A DNA stretch of 34,183 nucleotides from Deferrisomatales bacterium (GTDB taxonomy: Bacteria > Desulfobacterota > Deferrisomatia > Deferrisomatales > JACRMM01), in contig JAWSUI010000042.1 in the NCBI GenBank assembly GCA_033551855.1, positions 1-34,183 of the forward strand, in the 5' to 3' direction. How positions within the stretch are numbered: position 1 is the first letter of the stretch; each line of letters begins with the position of its first letter. Of this stretch, positions 25,977 through 34,001 are shown piece after piece. The notes beneath the pieces are model-generated. The model worked only from the letters and a program-made list of their open reading frames with translations, was not told where the DNA came from and did not search any database. Position numbers and translations under genes: made by a program.

Positions 25977-26270
25977 ATGAAGAAAGAAGAGGCATTGCGG
26001 GTGCTGACTCGCAATCGGGAAAAGCTCAGAGAAATGGGGGTCCGACACCTGGCGCTCTTCGGCTCCGTCGTTCGCGATGATGCCACTGAGGCGAGTGACG
26101 TTGATCTGTTGGTGGACCTCGACGAGAACGCCGGGTATTTCCAGTTCCTCGACATCCAGGAGTTCCTTCAGGAGACCCTGGCCGTTCGGAAGGTCGATCT
26201 GGTTCTCCGGAGCTCGTTGTTCGAGGAATTGAGAGAGGGCATCCTCCGGGAGGCGGTCGATGTCCTCTAG
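25977..26270 (+). CDS. Minimal nucleotidyltransferase (MNT) antitoxin
   Basis: LALFGSVVRDDATEASDVDLLVD (GSX10DXD), KVDLV; SD GGAGG. Confidence 0.9.
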   Translation: MKKEEALRVLTRNREKLREMGVRHLALFGSVVRDDATEASDVDLLVDLDENAGYFQFLDIQEFLQETLAVRKVDLVLRSSLFEELREGILREAVDVL

Positions 26271-26613
26271 CCGGAAGTGGAAGTTCCGTGTCCGACACAT
26301 TCTAGAGGCAATCTCCGGAGCCCAGGGCTACGTGGCAGGCTTGTCGCTCGACGACTTCCGGGGCGACTCGAAGACTGTGGATGCGGTGCTCACGAAGCTC
26401 ATCGTGATCGGCGAGGCGGCGGCCCTCGTTCCAACCGACGTGCAGGACCGGCACGCTGAAGTTCCTTGGCGGAAGCTGAAGGGGCTTCGAAACGTGATCG
26501 TTCATCAGTACGACCGGGTCGACGTGCGGATCATCTGGAACGTGATTCATGGCGACCTCCCGCCCCTTGTGCCGCTGCTGGAACAAGTCCTCCAGGCGGA
26601 GCCAGAAGACTGA
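26260..26613 (+). CDS. DUF86/HEPN ribonuclease toxin
   Basis: IGEAA, EVPWRKLKGLRNVIVHQYDRVD (RX4HXY), IIWNVIHGDLPPL; overlaps the MNT gene. Confidence 0.9.
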   Translation: MSSSRKWKFRVRHILEAISGAQGYVAGLSLDDFRGDSKTVDAVLTKLIVIGEAAALVPTDVQDRHAEVPWRKLKGLRNVIVHQYDRVDVRIIWNVIHGDLPPLVPLLEQVLQAEPED

Positions 26614-26633
26614 GAGTGAGATGAACCATTTAG

Positions 26634-26659
26634 CCACAGAGAGCACACAGGTCACAGAG
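26634..26659 (+). repeat. 9-nt-period CACAGAG repeat
   Basis: cCACAGAGag CACACAGgt CACAGAG in an AT-richer patch. Confidence 0.5.
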
Positions 26660-26822
26660 CAAAGAGCCATTCCGGACCGCGTCTAAAGGTACATAGATGC
26701 AGAAGAGCAGTGCCCGCGAGACTCCCCACCGCCCGGAGTCCCAGGGGGCTGGCGGGGACGAGACAAGAGCAGGGGAGGCCGTGGGGGGCGGGCGGTGGGG
26801 GCACAAGGGCTGGCCGGCCCGG

Positions 26823-27193
26823 TCAACCGCCGACGGGCAGCAACCGGATGCGTAGGTGCCGGTCCCGGAAGACGACCATGCAGCCGCTCTCGAGCGCAGC
26901 CGCCGTCGCGTCGAGGTTCCTCAAGAGGAGGGCGGCCAGTTGCTCGGGCCTTCGGTCCGAGCTGCGGTGGAACAGGACCACGGAAGGCTTTGCCTGTCTG
27001 CGAAGGGCGAGGAGTGTCCCGAAATCGGTGTCGGCGAGACGAGCACCCGTTCTTCGGCAGCAGCCCGGGCAAGCACCGCTTCGTCTTCCGCTGACGCGAG
27101 CCCGTAGTCCCGCACGTGAGCCACGTCGTGGCCGGCGGCCCCCAAGGCCCGCGCCATCTCCGGGGAGAGGGCGTTGTCGATCAGGAACCTCAC
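26823..27193 (-). pseudogene. DUF5615/PIN-like (VapC45-type) toxin, frameshifted
   Basis: [11 protein letters not shown]...EERVLVS / [11 protein letters not shown]...PSVVLF...LRIRLLP; 1-bp deletion near 27034. Confidence 0.82.
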
Positions 27194-27428
27194 CGGGTTC
27201 CGACCATGGGGAGCTCACGTCACGCTCGCGGACGGCCTCCGCCGCAAAACGCAAGGCCTCCCGAATATCTTCCGGCTCCAGGTCCGGAAACGCCGCCAGA
27301 ACCTCCGCCGGCGTCATTCCCTCCGAGACCATGCCGACCACCGTAGCGACCGGGATGCGAAGGCCCCGCAGACATGGGGTTCCGCCCATCTTTCGGGAAT
27401 CCACGGTGATGCGCGTGAAGCTCCCCGT
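27190..27428 (-). pseudogene. DUF433 antitoxin; start ATG>ACG and 5-bp duplication frameshift
   Basis: SD AGGAGG then ACG-GSFTRITVDSRKMGGTPCLRGLRIPV...FPDLEPEDIREALRFAA; TCACG duplicated at 27215-27224. Confidence 0.82.
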
Positions 27429-27606
27429 GCCACCTCCTCGGGTGAGAGCGTTCGATACCACCTGAGGATACCCGCTGCCCTCCGCTCGAACAAGCCGGCG
27501 GCCGGCGGAGCCGGGGCTTGGCCGTCCCACCAATGGGTGGGCTGAGGGGGCCATTCGTGCACACGTGCATTGCCAGCCCGGCAGCGCGGCCGGGCCGGGT
27601 GGGGAG

Positions 27607-27687
27607 ATGCCGCGGGGCGCAAGGTTGGATGCCCCTGGGGCCCTGCGCCATGTGATGGGGTGGGGGATCGAGCGCAAGAAGATCGTC
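27607..27687 (+). pseudogene. N-terminal relic of a second, diverged RAYT
   Basis: MPRGARLDAPGALRHVMGWGIERKKIV versus MPRQARLDLPGLLQHVIVRGIERRRIF. Confidence 0.8.
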
Positions 27688-27772
27688 GGCAGCATGGGGA
27701 GTCATGACGATGGCATCGGGCACGAGGACCGGCGGTGCCCCGGCGCGACGCTTGCGTCTTCGCCACCTCCGC

Positions 27773-28078
27773 TCAAGCGGCGCAGTCGAGGGGATGCACC
27801 TCCACGTCCAGGCGGTCGCCCAGACGTTCCTCGGCAACCTCCATATCGTACTGCGCCTGGAGGTTGAGCCAGAAACGCGCCTCCATCCCGAAGAACCGCC
27901 CCAGACGCAGTGCCGTGTCGGCCGTGATGGCTCGGCGCCCCAGCACGATCTCGTTGATGCGCCGGGGGGTGACCCCGGTGTCCTTGGCCAGCCGATACTG
28001 GGTCACTCCCAAGGGGTCGAGGAACTCGCCCTTGAGAACATCGCCGGGGTGGATCGGGGGGAAGTCTCGCTTGGCCAT
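27773..28078 (-). CDS. higA: HigA-family addiction module antitoxin
   Basis: PPIHPGDVLKGEFLDPLGVTQYRLAK...RRINEIV.GRRAITADTALRLGRFFG..ARFWLNLQ. Confidence 0.93.
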   Translation of the reverse strand: MAKRDFPPIHPGDVLKGEFLDPLGVTQYRLAKDTGVTPRRINEIVLGRRAITADTALRLGRFFGMEARFWLNLQAQYDMEVAEERLGDRLDVEVHPLDCAA

Positions 28079-28082
28079 GGGT

Positions 28083-28370
28083 TCATCCTTTGTGGTAGTC
28101 GACGATCTCGACGTCGAACGCGTCACTGCCCTCCCAGCGGAAGCAGATGCGCCACTGTTCGTTGATCCGGATGGAGAACTGGCCCTCCCGGCCGCCCGAG
28201 AGGGCCTCTAGGCGGTTGCCCGGGGGGACGCGAAGGGTCTCCAGGAGGGTAGCGGCGTGAAGCAACTTGAGCTTCGTTTCCGCCTTGCGCAGCAACTCGG
28301 GGGGCAGCTTCCGAGACCGCCTGCCCTCGAAGATCCTCTGGGTTTCTTTGCACCGGAAGCTGACGATCAC
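28083..28370 (-). CDS. higB: HigB-family (RelE/ParE) toxin
   Basis: VIVSFRCKETQRIFEG...LRVPPGNRLEALSGGREGQFSIRINEQWRICFRW...VEIVDYH. Confidence 0.93.
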   Translation of the reverse strand: MIVSFRCKETQRIFEGRRSRKLPPELLRKAETKLKLLHAATLLETLRVPPGNRLEALSGGREGQFSIRINEQWRICFRWEGSDAFDVEIVDYHKG

Positions 28371-28376
28371 GGAGCC

Positions 28377-28405
28377 AACATATCGGAACAGGATAATAGC
28401 GTCAA
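28377..28405 (-). promoter_or_regulatory. Predicted sigma70 promoter, leaderless higBA
   Basis: TTGACG-17 nt-TATGTT-6 nt-GTG. Confidence 0.7.
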
Positions 28406-28420
28406 GAGATACTGCCCCGG

Positions 28421-28612
28421 CTTCCCGACGACGGAAGCTACTACGGCGAGATTCCAGGTTTCCCCGGAGTCCACGCCAACGCCTCGACGCTGGAAGGCTG
28501 CCGGGAGGATCTGGAAGAGGTCCTGGAGGAATGGATCCTCCTCCGCGTCTCCGAACATCAACCCCTTTCGCAGGTCGACGGATTGCAGTTGGCAGCCCAG
28601 AAGGTCGCCTGA
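28421..28612 (+). pseudogene. HicB-family antitoxin lacking its 5' end (not in the ORF track)
   Basis: LPDDGSYYGEIPGFPGVHANASTLEGCREDLEEVLEEWILLRVSEHQPLSQVDG...KVA*, followed by TGATG-coupled MPRF (possible HicA start). Confidence 0.8.
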
Positions 28613-28727
28613 TGCCGCGCTTCGCTCGCGGGTCCTCCCCAGCGGTCTTCCCGATCGCCGCCGGCATTGACCTCGTGGACGGTGCATCGGATTCCCTGGT
28701 TGTCGAACGGATCGAGGCGGTCGCTCC

Positions 28728-28863
28728 CTATCCTCCCCCACGGATCCGATCGGCCAGCGAACGAGTCTCGGCCGAGGACTCTACCCCCAGCGATCCCCGG
28801 AGGAGCCTGCGGCAGCGCTCGAAGACGGCCAGCGCGACGCTCGGCTGGCCGAGCCGTTCGTGG
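28728..28863 (-). pseudogene. C-terminal BTAD relic of a paralogue of the 30624-33824 regulator
   Basis: HERLGQPSVALAVFERCRRLLRGSLGVESSAETRSLADRIRGGG* versus QKLERPSEALAAFERCRRLLGASLGVDPSPKTSALAESIRKGG*. Confidence 0.88.
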
Positions 28864-28908
28864 CGGCCCGGTGGCCGGTGATGTCCCGGCACCCCTAGGC
28901 GTTTCCAC

Positions 28909-29100
28909 CTACGGGGCCGGGAGCTCGAAGGGGCGGTCGGCTCGCGGGCCGCGCCGGGCTCGCAGGGCCTCGGCCGGAGGGTCGCCGAAGGTCTCGAGGA
29001 ACGCCAGGTAGTCCACGGGGGCAGGGGGAACCGCGCAGGACGCGCGCCGAAGGGCGGCGATGTCTTCGGGGGTGGTGGGCAGATCGCGGTCAAGATCCAC
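28909..29100 (-). CDS. Small hypothetical protein overlapping the nucleotidyltransferase gene
   Basis: GTG start inside the NTase 3' end; DLDRDLPTTPEDIAALRR...DYLAFL...PFEL. Confidence 0.5.
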   Translation of the reverse strand: MDLDRDLPTTPEDIAALRRASCAVPPAPVDYLAFLETFGDPPAEALRARRGPRADRPFELPAP

Positions 29101-29635
29101 GGCGCTCCAAGGCCTCTTCGATCTCACGGTAGCGGGCTTCCAGCCCGTATTTCTCGAAGTATCCCCGCACCTCGTCCCGATCCACCCCGGGCACGGCGAG
29201 CAGATGCTCCACGTCGGCCAGGTCTTGGAGCGCCCGCTCGGGAGCGTTCCGGACCGCGAAGGCCTTCATGGCGGCCAGGTGCTCGGGCCGGGGCACGGGG
29301 AAGGTGCGGCCCTTGAGGGACAGGAGGCGTCTGCTGCCGGCGAACAGCTCCTCGGCGGTGGGACCGCTCACGTAGACCACGTCGATCCGCCCCATGGCAC
29401 CCAGCGGATGGACGTGGTTCGAGTAGCCGGCCGACCGATGGAGGGTCTCATACCCGAGACCCTGGAGAAACGCCAGGAGGCTCGACTGGACCTGCGCGTC
29501 GGCGACCAGGTCCAGATCCACCGTGGCGCGGGTCAGGCCGTACGCGTGCAGGGCGAAGGCCCCTACCACCGCGTAGCGGACCCCTTCTCGGAGGAAGTGG
29601 CCGTCGAGCGCTTTCAATAGGCCGAAGTAGTTCAT
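29090..29635 (-). CDS. Nucleotidyltransferase (AbiEii/DUF6036-like)
   Basis: YAVVGAFALHAYGLTRATVDLDLV (G.A...RxTxDxD), RIDVV, EHLAAMK, R..QDLADV. Confidence 0.75.
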   Translation of the reverse strand: MNYFGLLKALDGHFLREGVRYAVVGAFALHAYGLTRATVDLDLVADAQVQSSLLAFLQGLGYETLHRSAGYSNHVHPLGAMGRIDVVYVSGPTAEELFAGSRRLLSLKGRTFPVPRPEHLAAMKAFAVRNAPERALQDLADVEHLLAVPGVDRDEVRGYFEKYGLEARYREIEEALERRGS

Positions 29636-29648
29636 GCCGTTCCGGTAC

Positions 29649-29860
29649 TCCAGCCGCAGCCCCGCCGGGTCGAGCTCCGCCTCCGGGAAAGGCTCGGCCC
29701 CAACCCTCTGGTTCCCGGCGAGGACGCTCACCGCTACCCACGCTCCGGCTTCCTGCCGTCCGAACCCCTCCGGCTCGCCGACGATGACCTTCCCGAGCAC
29801 GTTCGCCGGGATGGCGTGCAGGGCTCGATCGGCGGCCCCCTTCTTGGCCGGGGGGGACAT
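29649..29860 (-). pseudogene. Internally deleted Uma2 (DUF820) endonuclease relic, in frame with the NTase
   Basis: MSPPAKK...IPANVLGKVIVGE resembles a Uma2 N-terminus and is joined directly to W..VSVLAGNQRVGAEPFPEAELD, which resembles a Uma2 C-terminus; PD-(D/E)xK core absent. Confidence 0.5.
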
Positions 29861-29921
29861 CCGGGTGCCCCGCGCCTCCTGCTTCCCGCTGCAGGCCGTC
29901 CGCACAGGCGCCCTGATCCCG

Positions 29922-29950
29922 ACGTTACGGTGCGTCCCGGAAGGTGTCAA
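29922..29950 (-). promoter_or_regulatory. Predicted sigma70 promoter for the Uma2-relic/NTase unit
   Basis: TTGACA-17 nt-TAACGT. Confidence 0.6.
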
Positions 29951-30013
29951 GGGGCCATCCCCCACTCGACCCAGCTGACGGGACGGTGGAAGGGATCGAG
30001 CTCAGCCGCGCTC

Positions 30014-30148
30014 CCAGGCGAGGAGGAGACCCGGGCCGGCGCACTCCTGCCCCCAAAATCGCTCCAACGCTTGCCCGAAGTACCCCTGTGCCCCGGGCGG
30101 GACGTGCGGCAGCCGCGCCGCCCCCAGCCGGTAGAGGGGCCACGCCGG
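30014..30148 (-). pseudogene. Internal relic of the paralogous MalT-like/BTAD regulator
   Basis: PAWPLYRLGAARLPHVPPGAQGYFGQALERFWGQECAGPGLLLAW versus NPWLLVLLGAATLPSAPPEAQAHFERAFALFREQGEGGAGLLLSW. Confidence 0.72.
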
Positions 30149-30448
30149 AAGGGGTGGCGGTGGGAGCGTGGTTGGCCCCAGCGATGGCGCCGAAGAGGGA
30201 TTCTCGGCGGAGCCGGCGGCAGCGTGCCGGGACGGCCGCGGCCAGGGAGGAGCGTCCGACGCTCTCGTCCTACGGAGCCGAGGAGGCGAAGCCCTCCCCG
30301 AGCGCTTGACCGACCGCGAGGCAGGTCGCGGACTCCGTCTGTGCGGAGTAGGGAAAGGCTGCCGGCAACCGGGGAAGACGCTCCCCTGCCCTCCGCCTCC
30401 CGCGGCCCGCTCCTGAGGAGCCAAGTCCTGGAGATAGGGTAGCCCGGA

Positions 30449-30466
30449 GGCTAACCAATGGCTAAC
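30449..30466. promoter_or_regulatory. Heptamer direct repeat GGCTAAC-N4-GGCTAAC, candidate SARP/OmpR-type operator
   Basis: 11-bp period; on the minus strand it is followed 7 nt later by a TACCCT -10-like hexamer. Confidence 0.4.
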
Positions 30467-30623
30467 ACGCCTGTGAAGCGGGGTGAAACGCAACCGTTCC
30501 CCGACCCCGTGCGCCTCCGAGACGAGGGATCCGGGGCGGCGCGGGGTGGTTGACAGACGCGGAACCGCGGTGCGACAGTTCCGGCGAGCGTCCCTGACAC
30601 CATGCCGCGAGGGGCCGAGGGAG

Positions 30624-33600
30624 ATGGCGAAGCGCCAGGGTGTCCCGGCGAAGATCGTGCGGCCGCAGGTGCAGGGAATCCTGCTGCGGGAGCGGCTCTT
30701 TGCGCTCCTGGACGAGGGTCGGGGCCGCCCGTTGACCTGGGTCTCGGCCCCGGCGGGCTTCGGGAAGACGACCCTGGTCAGCAGTTACGTCGAGGTCCGG
30801 GGTCTGCCCTGCGTCTGGTACCGGGTGGACCCCGGCGACGAGGACCTCGCCAGTTTCTTCTACTACCTCGGCCTCGCCGGTCACGGGGCCGGCTCCCCGC
30901 GGCGAAAGCCCCTCCCGCTCCTCACGCCCGAATACTCACTGGGCATTCCCGCCTTCAGCAGGAACTTCTTCGAAGAGCTCTTCCGGCGGCTCGGCGAAAG
31001 AACCGTCCTGGTCCTGGACAACTGCCACGAGGTCGGTTCGCGGGCACCCCTGCACGCCGCGCTTCTGGCAGGGATCGGCCGGATGCCCGAGGGCGCCCGG
31101 ATCGTCCTGACCTCCCGGGGGGATCCCCCTCCTGCGTACGCGAGGCTGCGGGTGCACGGCCGGATGGACGTCGTGGGGCGGGACCTGCTCCGGCTCACCC
31201 CAGAGGAGCTCGAGGCCTTCGCAGGGATGCGAGGGGTCGAGGTGCCGCCGAACGAGCTCCTCCGGATCCACGACCTGGTGCAGGGCTGGGCGGCCGGGAT
31301 CCGGGTCCTCCTGGAGGCCGTACGAGCCCGCAACGGGTCCTTGCACCTCCTCGGGGAGGCGGCCCCGGAGGAGCTCCTGGAATATCTGGGCGCCGCCGTC
31401 TTCGAGCGCCTGGGTCACGACGCGCAGGACTTCCTCGTCAAGACCTCGGTCCTGCCCGACATGACGGTGTCCGTGGCCGAAGAGCTCACCGGCAGACCCC
31501 AGGCCGGGAAGATCCTCTCCGCGCTCCACCGGAACGGGGACTTCACGGAAAAGGGGGCGGAGCCCGAGCCCGTCTACCAGTACCATCCCCTCTTCCGGGA
31601 GTTTCTCCGGAAGAGGGCCACGGAGACGTGGAGCGAGGGGGAGATCGCCGAGGTCCAGCGCCGGGCCGCGGAGCTCCTGCTGCGGGAGGGCCGGCCCGAA
31701 GAAGCCGCGGCGCTCCTCTCCGACGCCAGGGACTGGGACGGTCTGGCCGGCCTCATCCTGGCCGAGGGGCAGACCCTCCTGCAGCAGGGGCGACACCAGA
31801 CCGTCGAGGGGTGGCTTCGGCTTCTCCCCGAGCACCACCGCCAGGGAAACCCCTGGCTGCTGGTCTTGCTGGGGGCGGCCACGCTGCCGTCGGCGCCGCC
31901 CGAAGCCCAGGCGCACTTCGAGCGGGCGTTTGCTCTCTTCCGGGAGCAGGGGGAAGGTGGTGCGGGGCTCCTCCTCTCTTGGGCAGGGGTGGTGCACGCC
32001 ATCTTCTTCGCCTTTGCCGACTTTCACGAGGCGGATCGGTGGCTGGAGCTCCTCCCGGAGCTGATCCCGTCACCCCGGGATCTGCCGCCGGGCGACGTGA
32101 GCGCCCAGGTCGCTTCCGCCGCCTTGACCCTCATGGCGGTCCACTCGCCGGACCACCCGGACCTGCCGATTTGGGAGGAGCAGGCGCTCGCACTGGAGCC
32201 GACGACCGGGGATCCGGGCTGCAGGACCAACCTCCTCGTGCACGCCCTGTTCCGGAACATCCACTGCGGGAGGCCCGCGGCCGCGGAGGCGGTCCTCGAC
32301 CGACTCCGGAGTCTGCTCCGGAGCGGCCCGGTGACGCCCCTGGCGGAGACGATCGCCCTGCACACGGAGGCGGCGTTCTGTCTCCTCTACGGCGAGCTGG
32401 AGAGCGCGAGGGCGGCCTGCTGCCGTGCGATCGAGATCGGAGAAGAGACCGGCATCCACCTGGCCGAGCTCCAGGTCCTGCTGACCCTGGTCGAGGCGGA
32501 GCTCGCCGCGGGCCGCCTGGATGCGGCGCGCCGGTGTGGGGACAGGATGCGAGAGCTCCTCACCTGCGCGCTGCCCTGGGACCGGAGCGCCTACGGATTC
32601 GTCAAGGCGCGCATCGGGCTGAGCGAGGGCCATGTCGAGCGCGCGTTCTACGACATCGACGAGGCGCTGGCAGTGAGCCGATCGGTCGGCGGGGTGGTCA
32701 GCGAGGTGCCGACCCTCCTCCTGCGGGGCGAGATCTACTCCCGGATGGGGCGGCGGCGGGAAGCCTTCCGGGACCTCGCCGACGCCCTCAGGATCGCCCG
32801 GCGCGGCAAGATGCGCCACGGGGAGTTCTCCTGCCTTCTGGTGGCGGTTTGGCTGCACGTCGAAGCGGGACACCCGGGCCGGGCGGTGAACGTGCTGCGG
32901 AAGGCCATGGGCCTGGGCTGCGCGATCGAGGCCCGTCGGCCCTTCGGTTTTCACGGGGCGCCCTTCGCGGCCCTATGCGCCCGGGCGCTCGAGGCGGGCA
33001 TCGAGCCGGACTACGTCCGCTCCCTGATCCGGCAGGACCGGCTGGACCCGCCCCAGGATCTCCCGGCCCTGGCGGCCTGGCCCTGGTTCGTACGCATCTA
33101 CACCCTCGGGCGCTTCGAGGTGCTCGTCGATGACGAGCCCATCGGCGCGCAGGTCAAGGGCCAGCGAAGGCCCCTCGCGCTCCTCAAGGCACTGATCGCG
33201 CTGGGGGGGGACCGGGTCTCCACGGCCCGCCTCTCGGACGCCCTGTGGCCGGACGCCGACGGGGACGCCGCTCGTGACGCCCTGACGACCACGTTGCTGC
33301 GCCTGCGAAGGCTCCTCGGCGCCAAGGACGTCCTTGTCCTCCGGGAAGGCCGGCTCAGCCTCGACCGGCGCCGGTGCTGGGTGGACGCCTGGGCGATGGA
33401 GAGGCTTTTCCGGGAGGCGGGGCGGACGGGCGAACGGGACCCCGGCCTGGAGAGCCCGGAAGCACAAGCCGTTCGGCTCTACCAGGGAAGCTTTCTTCCA
33501 GAGGACATCGACGAGCCCTGGGCCATCCCCCTGCGCGAACGGCTCGAGCGGGTGTTTCTGCGGGGGGTAGAGGCGGTGGGCGCCCGCCTCGAGGAACGCG

Positions 33601-33824
33601 GCCGTTGGGCGGAGGCGGCGCGGTGCTACGAGCGGGCCCTCGAGGTGGCGCCCCTGATCGAGCGCCTCTGCCGGCACCTGATGGTCTGCTGCCAGAAGCT
33701 GGAGCGGCCGAGCGAGGCCCTGGCCGCCTTCGAGCGCTGTCGGCGGCTCCTGGGGGCCTCTCTGGGCGTCGATCCCTCGCCGAAGACCTCTGCTCTGGCG
33801 GAGTCCATTCGCAAGGGCGGCTGA
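30624..33824 (+). CDS. Large ATP-binding (STAND/MalT-like) transcriptional regulator with C-terminal wHTH + BTAD (SARP-type)
   Basis: RERLFALL, APAGFGKTTL, LVLDNCHE, QGWAAG, YQYHPLFREFL; C-terminal IYTLGRFEV, LWPDADGD, WVDAW, LYQGSFL, LMVC..ALAAFERC..LGVDPS. Confidence 0.9.
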   Translation: MAKRQGVPAKIVRPQVQGILLRERLFALLDEGRGRPLTWVSAPAGFGKTTLVSSYVEVRGLPCVWYRVDPGDEDLASFFYYLGLAGHGAGSPRRKPLPLLTPEYSLGIPAFSRNFFEELFRRLGERTVLVLDNCHEVGSRAPLHAALLAGIGRMPEGARIVLTSRGDPPPAYARLRVHGRMDVVGRDLLRLTPEELEAFAGMRGVEVPPNELLRIHDLVQGWAAGIRVLLEAVRARNGSLHLLGEAAPEELLEYLGAAVFERLGHDAQDFLVKTSVLPDMTVSVAEELTGRPQAGKILSALHRNGDFTEKGAEPEPVYQYHPLFREFLRKRATETWSEGEIAEVQRRAAELLLREGRPEEAAALLSDARDWDGLAGLILAEGQTLLQQGRHQTVEGWLRLLPEHHRQGNPWLLVLLGAATLPSAPPEAQAHFERAFALFREQGEGGAGLLLSWAGVVHAIFFAFADFHEADRWLELLPELIPSPRDLPPGDVSAQVASAALTLMAVHSPDHPDLPIWEEQALALEPTTGDPGCRTNLLVHALFRNIHCGRPAAAEAVLDRLRSLLRSGPVTPLAETIALHTEAAFCLLYGELESARAACCRAIEIGEETGIHLAELQVLLTLVEAELAAGRLDAARRCGDRMRELLTCALPWDRSAYGFVKARIGLSEGHVERAFYDIDEALAVSRSVGGVVSEVPTLLLRGEIYSRMGRRREAFRDLADALRIARRGKMRHGEFSCLLVAVWLHVEAGHPGRAVNVLRKAMGLGCAIEARRPFGFHGAPFAALCARALEAGIEPDYVRSLIRQDRLDPPQDLPALAAWPWFVRIYTLGRFEVLVDDEPIGAQVKGQRRPLALLKALIALGGDRVSTARLSDALWPDADGDAARDALTTTLLRLRRLLGAKDVLVLREGRLSLDRRRCWVDAWAMERLFREAGRTGERDPGLESPEAQAVRLYQGSFLPEDIDEPWAIPLRERLERVFLRGVEAVGARLEERGRWAEAARCYERALEVAPLIERLCRHLMVCCQKLERPSEALAAFERCRRLLGASLGVDPSPKTSALAESIRKGG

Positions 33825-34001
33825 CGGGGGTCCATCGGTTGCCGTCTCCCGTTTGCGGGGAGCTCGATCGAGCCGAAGCGCCGAAGCCGCCCGCGGCGGC
33901 CATCCTGCACGGCCCCACGATCCTCCCGACGGACCGGAGCCTCCTCCCAGTTTCCCGGGCGTTGACCGAAAGGCGTTGAATTAGCATAGCAAGTGCACCA
34001 C

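Noticed and set aside
26823..27695. 290-aa ORF as a genuine novel fusion protein
   Set aside because: Composite of antisense RAYT relic, DUF433 and a frameshifted PIN gene; best explained as a pseudogene artefact
21033..30000. Classical integron cassette array
   Set aside because: No tyrosine integrase, no repeated attC (RYYYAAC...GTTRRRY) sites, and genes lie on both strands
33850..33950. Possible nucleotidyltransferase scrap on the minus strand (RIVG...RFGS) and a small ctccc-ttgc-gggag hairpin
   Set aside because: Needs several frameshifts; similarity too weak to support
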